From: Pseudodesulfovibrio mercurii
GTDB lineage: Bacteria > Desulfobacterota > Desulfovibrionia > Desulfovibrionales > Desulfovibrionaceae
NCBI RefSeq assembly: GCF_000189295.2
Contig: NC_016803.1
Coordinates: 2,370,001-2,402,000, forward strand
Direction of reading: 5' to 3'
DNA: 32,000 bases
In this document: positions 14,096 through 22,000 of the stretch, in pieces
How positions within the stretch are numbered: position 1 is the stretch's first letter
Layout of the letters: each line of letters starts with the position of its first letter
The notes under the pieces: model-generated
The model's input: the letters and a program-made list of their open reading frames with translations, nothing else
What the model was told of the DNA's origin: nothing
Databases searched by the model: none
Made by a program: the position numbers and the translations under genes

Positions 14096-14385
14096 AACGC
14101 CTTACCGCCCGGAAGGGACGGCCGGGCATCCGGGGGGAAGCATGCGTCTTGCCGTGATCATCAGGAGCGAACAGAAGGAAGGGTTGCCCACGGCCGCCGA
14201 ACTCCGGCGGGCGGGGTTTGCCGTGTCCACGGCGCTGCGGCCGGGCGGCGGGTCCGGCGGGCCCGGAGGGACGGATGTCGAGGCGGGGTTCGGGACGGGC
14301 GGGCAGGGCGACCCGAACGGGATCGCGCCGGAACGGGCGGGGCCGGAGCGGGCAGGGCCGGTGCGGGCCCGCCCCCCGGAACGAC

Positions 14386-14418
14386 AAAGACCCTGACGCC
14401 GTCGGCGCCGGGGTCTTT
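14386..14418. terminator. hairpin between convergent units (weak bidirectional terminator candidate)
   Basis: AAAGACCC...GGGTCTTT with an inner CGCC/GGCG stem, 30 nt beyond the stop of the minus-strand gene 14448-15251. The A/T runs are short. Confidence 0.35.
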
Positions 14419-14447
14419 GCTTGCCGTTCCCGCCGGAAAGGTGCGGG

Positions 14448-15251
14448 CTAGAGGATGTCCTCGTACCCCTTGACCGCGTCGTCCACCGAGGCGTCCTCGT
14501 GGACGATCCGGTTGAGGACCTCCACCAGCCGGGTGGAGTCGCGGTGCTGGAAGACGTTGCGGCCCACGGACAGGCCGGCCCCGCCCGCGTCCAGGGAGGT
14601 GCGGACCATGTCCAGGAAATCCCTGGTGGAGTCCATCTTGGCCCCGCCCGCGATGACCACGGGCACGCCCGCGCACTGGACCACGTGGGCGAAGCTCTCG
14701 GCGCTGCCGGGGTAGTTGACCTTGACCACGTCCGCGCCCAGCTCCGCGCCCACGCGGGCGCAGTGGGCCACGATGTCCGGGTCGAACTCGTCCGGGACCT
14801 TGGGGCCGCGCGCATAGACCATGGCCAGCAGGGGCATGCCCCACTCCGAGGCCGAGGCGGCCACGCGGCCCAGGTCCATGAGCATCTGGCCCTCGGTCTC
14901 GTCGCCGAGGTTGACGTGCACGCTGACCGCGTCCGCGCCCAGCCGAATGGCCTCCTCCACGGTGGTCACCAGCCGCTTGACGTTGGGAAAGGGCGACAGG
15001 CAGGTGCCCCCGGACAGGTGAACGATGCAGCCGAAGTCGCGGCCCTGCATGCGGTGGCCGAGCTTGACCTGGCCCTTGTGGACCAACCCCGCGTTGGCCC
15101 CGCCGGCCACCAGCTTGGTCACCGTGTCGCGCATCTTCTCGAGCCCGGCGATGGGCCCCACGGTCACGCCGTGGTCCATGGGCACGATGATGGTCCGCCC
15201 GGTGTTGCGGTTGAAAATCCTCTCCAGTCGAATGGCCTTGCCGATATGCAT
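14448..15251 (-). CDS. 2-amino-3,7-dideoxy-D-threo-hept-6-ulosonate (ADH) synthase / DhnA-type class I aldolase family (archaeal-type aroA-prime)
   Basis: 267 aa. 'IIVPMDHG', 'DAVSVHVN', and 'ADVVKVNYPG' with the Schiff-base Lys context are typical of the FbaB/DhnA/ADH-synthase family. Confidence 0.85.
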   Translation of the reverse strand: MHIGKAIRLERIFNRNTGRTIIVPMDHGVTVGPIAGLEKMRDTVTKLVAGGANAGLVHKGQVKLGHRMQGRDFGCIVHLSGGTCLSPFPNVKRLVTTVEEAIRLGADAVSVHVNLGDETEGQMLMDLGRVAASASEWGMPLLAMVYARGPKVPDEFDPDIVAHCARVGAELGADVVKVNYPGSAESFAHVVQCAGVPVVIAGGAKMDSTRDFLDMVRTSLDAGGAGLSVGRNVFQHRDSTRLVEVLNRIVHEDASVDDAVKGYEDIL

Positions 15252-15474
15252 TGTTCACCTCGCTGCTGGCGGTTGCGGTCTTTGCGGTACCTCGGTTCCC
15301 ATAATACAGACCGGGCCAAGAGGAAAGCGCTATTCCCTGCGCAAAAGTTCGGATTATCGGCCGCTTTTTATGCGGAGTTGTTGACGAATGACGACCCAAC
15401 ACCTATTCTCGGCAGGGTGCGGCCTCGCGTGGACCGCCACGAACCATTCGATTGCCTGCCAAAAGGGGACAGCG

Positions 15475-16722
15475 ATGACCGACGAGAAGACCTACGAATC
15501 CGTCTTCGTGGCCAGACAGCCCATTCTCGATACCCAGAACGACACCTGGGGCTACATGATGCTCTTCCGCGACAGCGCGGAGGCGGACCACGCCGTGTTC
15601 ACCGACAATTCCGAGGCGACCATGAGCCTGGTGGCGAACCTGCCCCTGTGCGACATGCCCAAGAGCGCCAAGACCCGGTTCCTGATCCACTTCACCCCCG
15701 AGGCCGTGGTCCGGGGCATCCCCCACGCCATCCCGTGGGACAACACGGTCATCATCCTCGAGGAGATCGCGGACCCGGACGAGGCCCTGATCGTGGCCCT
15801 GGGCGACCTGATGCTCGACGGCTACGAGCTGGCCATCAACAACTTCGAGGGCAGGCCCGGCTGCGAGCGGCTGGCCGAGCTGGCCGACACCCTGCTCATC
15901 GACGTGGAGGGCAAGGACCAGGCCGAACTCGAGGCCATCGTCACCCGCGGCAAGAAGTTCGGCGTGACCCGCATGGTCGCCAAGAAGGTGGAGAACTCCG
16001 TTGACCTGGCCAAGGTCAGGAACGCGGGCTTCCACCTGTTCCACGGCTTCTTCTTCAAGCGGCCCGAGACCGAGTCCGGGCGCAAGATCAACTCGGCCAG
16101 GGCCACCCGGCTCAAGCTCTTCGAGATCATCGAGAAGGAGGAGCCCAACTTCGACGCCCTGGCCCCGGCCATCGAGGCGGACGTGGCCATCAGCTACCGG
16201 CTGCTCAACTTCCTCAACTCCGCCAACTTCAGCTTCGCCACCAAGGTGACCTCCATCAAGCAGGCCGTGGTCCTGACCGGGTGGAAGCCCATCCGCAACT
16301 GGCTGCGGCTGATCATCCTGACCGACCTGACCCCGTCGGAAAAGACCCTGGAGCTGGCCTACATCTCGGCCCACCGGGCCAAGCTCTTCGAGACCGCCGC
16401 CCTGGGCAGCGGCTACGAGGACGACTCCGACACCCTGTTCATCGTCGGCCTCTTCTCCCTGCTGGACGCCATGCTCGACACGGACATGAAGGAGATCACC
16501 CACCACCTGCCCGTGGACGACGAGGTCAAGGCCACCCTGTGCGGCAAGAAGACCCGCTACACCCCGTGGCTCGACCTGGCCAAGGCCATCGAGGCCTCGG
16601 ACTGGGACGAGGTGGGCAAGCGCGCCGCGGCCCTGAACCTGCTGCCCGGCACCGTGGCCGTCAGCTACCAGCACGCCTTCACCTGGGCCGACGCCTTCTT
16701 CTCCTCCAAGCCCGGCGCCTAG
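15475..16722 (+). CDS. EAL-like plus HDOD domain signalling protein (YuxH/COG3434 architecture) with degenerate EAL active site
   Basis: 415 aa. N-terminal 'VFVARQPILD...GYMMLFR' aligns to the 'VFVARQPIF...AYELLYR' family start. HDOD block 'AISYRLLNFLNSANFSFATKVTSIKQAVVLTG'. AGGGGA lies before ATG 15475. ORF-track 15388 trimmed. Confidence 0.85.
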   Translation: MTDEKTYESVFVARQPILDTQNDTWGYMMLFRDSAEADHAVFTDNSEATMSLVANLPLCDMPKSAKTRFLIHFTPEAVVRGIPHAIPWDNTVIILEEIADPDEALIVALGDLMLDGYELAINNFEGRPGCERLAELADTLLIDVEGKDQAELEAIVTRGKKFGVTRMVAKKVENSVDLAKVRNAGFHLFHGFFFKRPETESGRKINSARATRLKLFEIIEKEEPNFDALAPAIEADVAISYRLLNFLNSANFSFATKVTSIKQAVVLTGWKPIRNWLRLIILTDLTPSEKTLELAYISAHRAKLFETAALGSGYEDDSDTLFIVGLFSLLDAMLDTDMKEITHHLPVDDEVKATLCGKKTRYTPWLDLAKAIEASDWDEVGKRAAALNLLPGTVAVSYQHAFTWADAFFSSKPGA

Positions 16723-16730
16723 CCCGGCCC

Positions 16731-17939
16731 ATGGCCCTGTCCCGGCGCGAGTTCCTGACCCTGCTGGCCGGAACCGGCCCGCTCGCGTCCGGCATGCTCG
16801 CGCCCGGCGCGCACGCCGCCCCGGCCCCGCCGGACGGGATCTTCGCCCTGGCGGGCGCCGTGCACCCCGGCCGGGGAGCGGTCCTGCCCGGTCACGCCGT
16901 GCTCGTCCGGGCCGGGCGCATCGAGGGCGTCGTCCCCGCGCATTCCGTATCCGACCGCCCGGTGGTCGCGCCTGAAAACGCGTCCGTGCTGCCGGGCGTC
17001 ATCAACGCCCACTGCCACGACCTGCACACCGCCGGGGAGCGGCGCGAGCGCTGGCTGCTCCACGGGGTGACGTCCATCGGCGACGCGGCCTCGCCGCTGC
17101 GCCGCCTGCCCGCGCTGCTCGACTCCCCGCCGGGCCGGACGGCCACGCCCTCGGCCTGCGGGCCCATGCTCTGCCCGCCCGGCGGCTACCCCCTGCCCGT
17201 GCACAGCCCGGAGCACGCCCTGGTCATCGCCTCCCCCCGGGAAGGGGCGGACGCGGTGCGCCGGTTGGCGGACCTCGGCGTCACGCGCATCAAGATCGCC
17301 TTCGAGCCGGGCGTCCTGCCCGAACCGTACCCCCTGTTCGACCCGGCCACGGCCTCGGCCATCTGCGACACGGCCCGCAGGCTCGGCCTGGGCGTGCGCT
17401 GCCACGTGGAGGACCTGTCCGGCCTCGCGCCCGCCCTCAACGCCGGGGTGACCACGGTGGAGCACGTGCCGCACCGCCTGCACGACCAAGGGACCGTCCG
17501 CCCGGTGCTCGGCCCGGACAACGCGCCCGTGCCGGAGTACCTGCGCCTGCTCGAACGCATGGCCCGCGACGGCGTGATCCTGACCCCGACCCTGGACGTC
17601 TTCACCCGCACCCCGTGGAACGGCCCGGCCCTGTTCGAGCCGGTGCGCGTCTTCCGCTCCCTGGGCGGGCGGATCGCGCTGGGCAACGATTTTCCCTACC
17701 GGCGCACGGACGCGGGCATGCCCGTGCGCGAGATGCGCCTGCTGGCCGAGGCCGGGCTCGACCAAAGGGACGTGCTCGAAGCGGCCACGGCCACGGCGGC
17801 CGAGGCGTGCGGGCTCAAAGACCGGGGGCGCATCGCGCCGGGCCTGGCCGCCGACCTGCTCATGGTGCGCGGCGCGCCCACGCCGGACGCGCTGCAAGAC
17901 CCCGTGCACGTGGTCAAGGACGGGGTCTTCGTGCGCTGA
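16731..17939 (+). CDS. Tat-exported amidohydrolase-family metallohydrolase
   Basis: 402 aa. Twin-arginine leader 'SRREFLTLLAG'. Metal motif 'VINAHCHD' (HxH). C-terminal 'GRIAPGLAADLL' is typical of amidohydrolase_1/3. ORF-track 16281 trimmed. Confidence 0.8.
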   Translation: MALSRREFLTLLAGTGPLASGMLAPGAHAAPAPPDGIFALAGAVHPGRGAVLPGHAVLVRAGRIEGVVPAHSVSDRPVVAPENASVLPGVINAHCHDLHTAGERRERWLLHGVTSIGDAASPLRRLPALLDSPPGRTATPSACGPMLCPPGGYPLPVHSPEHALVIASPREGADAVRRLADLGVTRIKIAFEPGVLPEPYPLFDPATASAICDTARRLGLGVRCHVEDLSGLAPALNAGVTTVEHVPHRLHDQGTVRPVLGPDNAPVPEYLRLLERMARDGVILTPTLDVFTRTPWNGPALFEPVRVFRSLGGRIALGNDFPYRRTDAGMPVREMRLLAEAGLDQRDVLEAATATAAEACGLKDRGRIAPGLAADLLMVRGAPTPDALQDPVHVVKDGVFVR

Positions 17940-17952
17940 ATTTCGGTGAGGA

Positions 17953-18822
17953 TCAGAGCCGCCGGGCGGACTCGGGCCGCAGCGGGGTCAGGCCGTCCAG
18001 GGCCCGGTCGATGCGCGTGAGCGCCGCGTCCCTGCCCGAGGGCAGCCGGACCTTGAGGGGCAGGTAGTTGGAGGCGTGGTCCGCCAGGAACAGGCCGCGC
18101 GTCAGCTCCGTCCCGGCGAGCAGGGCACGCAGCTCCCGAAGCATGCCGCGCGCGTCCGGCGGGACGAACTCGCCGCGCTCGAAGCGGTCGTGGAGCGGGG
18201 TGCCGGGCACGAGCATGAGGCTGAGCGCCCCCACCTGGTCCGGGTCCATGCGCGTCAGGGCGCGGGCCGTGGCCTCGGCGTGGATGGCGGACCGCTCCAC
18301 CCCGCCCAGCCCGTTGATGACCGTGACGTTGAGCTTGAGCCCGGCCGCACGGGCGCGCCGCCCCTGCTCCACGATGCAGGCCGCGTCGCCGTTCTTGCCC
18401 ATGGCCCGCAATATCGCGTCGTCGCCGGATTCGAGGCCCATGTAGACGATGCCGAGCCCCAGCCCGCGCAGCTCGGCCAGCTCGGCGTCGGTCTTGCGCT
18501 TCAGGCTCTTGGCGCCGGCGTAGGCGCCCACCCTGGTGACCCACGGCAGGTCCTCGCGGATGCGCGTAAGAATCTCCACCAGGCGCACCTGGGGCAGGAT
18601 CACGGCGTCGCCGTCGCACAGGAAGACCCGGCGCTGGTCCCGGCAGTGGCGGGCGACCCAGGCAATGTCGCCGAAGACCACCTCGCGCGGCTTGATGCCG
18701 AACCGCTTGCCCAGGTACGCGCCGCAAAAGGCGCACTTGCCGTGGGAGCAGCCCAGGGTGACCTGCAACAGGATGGACCCGGCCTCGCTCGGCGGTCGTA
18801 TGATCATGCCCTGGTGATCCAT
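17953..18822 (-). CDS. radical SAM protein, substrate unknown
   Basis: 289 aa. 'GCSHGKCAFCG' is a CX4CX2C variant of the usual radical-SAM CX3CX2C cluster motif, so the family call is tentative until confirmed by HMM. GGGAGGG lies before ATG 18822. ORF-track 18873 trimmed. Confidence 0.8.
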   Translation of the reverse strand: MDHQGMIIRPPSEAGSILLQVTLGCSHGKCAFCGAYLGKRFGIKPREVVFGDIAWVARHCRDQRRVFLCDGDAVILPQVRLVEILTRIREDLPWVTRVGAYAGAKSLKRKTDAELAELRGLGLGIVYMGLESGDDAILRAMGKNGDAACIVEQGRRARAAGLKLNVTVINGLGGVERSAIHAEATARALTRMDPDQVGALSLMLVPGTPLHDRFERGEFVPPDARGMLRELRALLAGTELTRGLFLADHASNYLPLKVRLPSGRDAALTRIDRALDGLTPLRPESARRL

Positions 18823-18984
18823 GCGCCCTCCCTGGGGACGGGCCCACGATACGGCAACGGCCGGAAATGGCAAGCCGGGCCGGGCCCGTGAATTTATAAT
18901 GACCGGCCAGGGGTTTCCCGTTGACCAACCCGGCCGGGTTTTTTACTAGATAGTCAAGAGTGAACCTATCGACGCCCGAACAGC

Positions 18985-21426
18985 ATGCCCTTCGAAAAGA
19001 AACCAGCCCGCCCGACCTCCTACGTCGCACTTGACGAGACCTCCAGGGCCTTGATGGACTCCTCGGTGGAATCCGCCTTCGTCATGGACGTCAGCGGCTA
19101 CGTGCTGGCCGCCAACGACGCCGCGGCCAAGCTGTTCGACCTCAAGCCCGGCCAGGGGCTGCAGCGCTCCAACATCTACGACCTCCTGCCCGCCGACGCC
19201 GCGGACTCCCGCCGGGCCAAGATCGAGGAGGCCATCCGCACCGTGCGCGCCGTGCGCTTCGAGGAGGAGATCGGCGGCCGCTCCCTGGTCCACTCCATCG
19301 TGCCCGTGGCCAACCCCTGGGGCGAGGTCAACCGGCTGGCCGTGCACACCCTGGACCTGACCAAGCTGCACCGCACCGACGAGGACCTGCGCCGCGAACA
19401 ACAGCGCCAGATATTCTTCATGGAGTCCCTGCCCGGCATCGTCTACCACCTCTACCCGGACCAGACCATCCGCTACGCCAACCGCTACTTCCGGCGCTAT
19501 TTCGGCAGCCCGCGCAACCGCAACTGCCGCGAGGCCCTGAACTGCTCGGGCACCTCCTGCTCCCTGTGTCCGCCCATGGAGGCCATGAACACCGACCGGG
19601 CCGTGGAATGGGACTGGACCGACAACCAGGGCCGGACCTTCCACCTGCAATGCAGCCCCATGACCGACTCCAACGGCGAGCGCATGATCATGGTCCTGGG
19701 CATCGACATCACCGCCCGCCAGCGGGCCGAGGACGCCCTGAAAATGGCCCGCGACAAGTTGGAGGACCGCGTCCGACAGCGCACCGTGGAGCTGGAGCGG
19801 GCCAACGTGGAGCTGACCAGCAAGTCCCAGCGCCTGGTCACCGCCATGGAGAAGGCCGACGCCGCCACACGGGCCAAGTCCTCGTTCCTGGCCAACATGA
19901 GCCACGAAATCCGCACCCCGCTGAACGCCATCCTGGGCATGTCCGAGCTGGCCCTGTCCATCCCGGACAAGGACCGCAAGGACCGCTACCTGCACCGGGT
20001 CATGGAGGCGGGCAACTCGCTCCTCTCGGTGATCAACGACATCCTCGACTTCTCCAAGATCGAGGCCGCCCGCCTGACCCTGGAGAACATCGACTTCGAC
20101 CTGCGCCGGACCATCGAGGGCACCCTGGACCTGCACCTCATCGCGGCCGAGGAAAAGGGCCTCGAACTGCGCGCCGGCGTGGCCGAGGACGTGCCCCCGG
20201 CCCTGGTGGGCGACCCCTCGCGGCTGCGCCAGATCCTCATCAACCTCATCGGCAACGCCATCAAGTTCACCGAGACCGGCGGCGTGACCGTGTCCGTCAG
20301 GCCCGCCGCACCGGCCGACGACCTCAAACCCGGCGACCCCATCACCCTGGTCTTCGCCGTGACCGACACCGGCGTGGGCATCCCGGAACACAAGCAGCGG
20401 GACATCTTCCAGTCCTTTCTCCAGGCCGACGACTCCATCACCCGCAAGTACGGCGGCACGGGCCTGGGCCTGGCCATCTGCCAACTCCTGGTGGAACTCA
20501 TGGGCGGCGAGCTGACCCTGGAAAGCCGGGAGGGCATGGGCAGCACCTTCACCTTCACCACCGAACTCACCGTGGGCGACCCCGCGGCCGTGGAACGGGA
20601 ACGCCTGGAGGCCGAGACCCCGGTCCCGTCCCTGGCCCCCCTGAACGTGCTCCTGGCCGACGACAACCCGCTCAACCGCGAACTGGCCACCACCCTGCTC
20701 AGCGAGCGGGGGCACCGGGTCCTGGCCGTGAAAAACGGCATCGAGGCCCTCAACGCTCTGCGCGAGGCCCCCTTCGACCTGGTCCTCATGGACGTCCAGA
20801 TGCCCATCATGGACGGCGTGTCCGCCACCCGCGCCATCCGCGACCCCAACTCCGGGGCCCTGAACCCCAACGTGCCCATCATCGCCCTGACCGCCCACGC
20901 CCTCAAGGGCGACCGCGAGCGGTTCCTCGACGCGGGCATGAACGACTACATCGCCAAACCCATCAAGATGCGGGACTTCTACCACACTATCGCCCGGGCC
21001 ATGAACGGCCGTCCGAACCCGGGTCCGGCCCCGGAGTCGGAACCGTCGGTCCCGATCGCGCCGGGCAAGCCCTTCGACCGCAAGTCCGCCCTGGAAATGC
21101 TCGGCGGCAAGACCGAACTCCTGGCCCGCATGGACCAGATATTCCTGCGCGACGTGCCCGGCGAACTCGAGGAGCTGACCGGCCACTTCGCCAAACGGGA
21201 CTGGAACAACGCCAAGCGCATGGCCCACTCCATCAAAAGCTCGGCCCGCACCGTGGGCGCGCACCGTCTCGGGGCCATCGCCGAGCAGATGGAATACCTC
21301 TGCCGCCAGCAGGATCTGTCTTCCGCCGAAAAGGAATTGAAAATCCTTGAATCCGACGTCCGATCCGCGCTAGACTACGTATCGGGCATTCAGGCCCGGA
21401 CAACGGATACCCTCCCCGAAACGTAA
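18985..21426 (+). CDS. hybrid sensor histidine kinase: PAS-PAS-HisKA-HATPase-REC-Hpt
   Basis: 813 aa. H-box '[18 protein letters not shown]', G-box 'GGTGLGLAICQ', receiver 'DLVLMDVQMPIMDG...KP', Hpt 'HSIKSSARTVGA'. Confidence 0.9.
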   Translation: MPFEKKPARPTSYVALDETSRALMDSSVESAFVMDVSGYVLAANDAAAKLFDLKPGQGLQRSNIYDLLPADAADSRRAKIEEAIRTVRAVRFEEEIGGRSLVHSIVPVANPWGEVNRLAVHTLDLTKLHRTDEDLRREQQRQIFFMESLPGIVYHLYPDQTIRYANRYFRRYFGSPRNRNCREALNCSGTSCSLCPPMEAMNTDRAVEWDWTDNQGRTFHLQCSPMTDSNGERMIMVLGIDITARQRAEDALKMARDKLEDRVRQRTVELERANVELTSKSQRLVTAMEKADAATRAKSSFLANMSHEIRTPLNAILGMSELALSIPDKDRKDRYLHRVMEAGNSLLSVINDILDFSKIEAARLTLENIDFDLRRTIEGTLDLHLIAAEEKGLELRAGVAEDVPPALVGDPSRLRQILINLIGNAIKFTETGGVTVSVRPAAPADDLKPGDPITLVFAVTDTGVGIPEHKQRDIFQSFLQADDSITRKYGGTGLGLAICQLLVELMGGELTLESREGMGSTFTFTTELTVGDPAAVERERLEAETPVPSLAPLNVLLADDNPLNRELATTLLSERGHRVLAVKNGIEALNALREAPFDLVLMDVQMPIMDGVSATRAIRDPNSGALNPNVPIIALTAHALKGDRERFLDAGMNDYIAKPIKMRDFYHTIARAMNGRPNPGPAPESEPSVPIAPGKPFDRKSALEMLGGKTELLARMDQIFLRDVPGELEELTGHFAKRDWNNAKRMAHSIKSSARTVGAHRLGAIAEQMEYLCRQQDLSSAEKELKILESDVRSALDYVSGIQARTTDTLPET

Positions 21427-21437
21427 GGAGCACCGTG

Positions 21438-21806
21438 ATGAAAACCATCCTCGTCGTCGATGACGCGCCCATGATCCGGGAACTGCTCAAGTCGGTTCTC
21501 GAGGCCGAAGGCTTCAACGTGATCGAGGCGGCGGACGGCGAAGAAGCCATCCGCATCTGCCACGACACCCCCATCGACCTGTCCATCATCGACATCTTCC
21601 TGCCCAAAAAGGGCGGACTCCAGGTCATGGGCGAACTCATCAAGGCCGACAGCGCCCACAAGTTCATCGCCATCTCCGGCGGCGAAGCCTTCAACCCCGA
21701 GGCCATCGTCGAACTGGCCAAGGTCTACGACGTGGTCGACACCTTCACCAAGCCCATCGACACCCGCCGCCTCGTCCAGGTCGTCCGCGACGCCCTGACC
21801 GACTAG
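21438..21806 (+). CDS. single-domain CheY-like response regulator
   Basis: 122 aa. 'ILVVDDAPMIRE', 'DLSIIDIFLPKKGG', 'FTKP'. GTG 21435 is an alternative start. Starts 9-12 nt after the kinase stop. Confidence 0.85.
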   Translation: MKTILVVDDAPMIRELLKSVLEAEGFNVIEAADGEEAIRICHDTPIDLSIIDIFLPKKGGLQVMGELIKADSAHKFIAISGGEAFNPEAIVELAKVYDVVDTFTKPIDTRRLVQVVRDALTD

Positions 21807-21828
21807 GCCGGCGAGATGAGGTGAGAAA

Positions 21829-21866
21829 GGTCCCCCCGGCCGCACTGCGGCCGGGGGGACCTTTTT
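21829..21866 (+). terminator. rho-independent terminator of the kinase/regulator operon
   Basis: GGTCCCCCCGGCC-gcact-GCGGCCGGGGGGACC followed by TTTTT. Confidence 0.85.
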
Positions 21867-21867
21867 C

Positions 21868-21937
21868 GCCTCCGGCGGCCAGAGGGGGAAACTTTCGAGA
21901 AAGTTTCCCCCTCTGGACTCCCCCTTCAAAGCTTTTT
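21868..21937 (-). repeat. REP-like palindromic unit, inverted relative of the 3' unit of the 0.6-kb repeat
   Basis: gcctccggcggcca-[hairpin]-ctggactc...cttttt. Its reverse complement shares flanks aaaaag(c)tttg, gagtccagag and ct(c/t)tggccgccggaggc with 2305-2408 and 5527-5584, but carries a different stem (ggggaaacttt/aaagtttcccc versus aacccttt/aaagggtt). Confidence 0.75.
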
Positions 21938-21965
21938 ATCGCCGCTTCGCGGGGCAGGAACATAC

Positions 21966-22000
21966 AAAAAAGGCTCCTAACCAATTCTGCGTCAGGAGCC
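21966..22000 (-). terminator. rho-independent terminator on the minus strand
   Basis: Minus strand reads GGCTCCT-gacgcagaattggtt-AGGAGCC followed by TTTTTT. Confidence 0.75.

Noticed and set aside
14061-14815. Minus-strand ORFs 14061-14387 and 14102-14815 in the region downstream of the ADH synthase gene
   Set aside because: The translations are Pro/Arg-rich nonsense that overlap the tandem 15-nt repeat and the 3' end of a well-supported gene in another frame.
2312-18873. Longer N-terminal extensions given in the ORF track (2312, 3157, 4484, 5534, 10003, 11225, 15388, 16281, 18873)
   Set aside because: The extensions run through repeats or intergenic DNA, lack SD sequences and add low-complexity residues. 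Internal ATGs with good SD spacing, and family-typical N-termini (signal peptides, the Tat motif, the MSQERKY... start), were preferred.
18946-21264. 772-aa minus-strand ORF, plus a 594-aa alternative plus-strand frame (19566-21350), over the first hybrid kinase
   Set aside because: For the same reason: only frame 18985-21426 gives PAS/HisKA/HATPase/REC/Hpt motifs. The others are GC-driven open frames.
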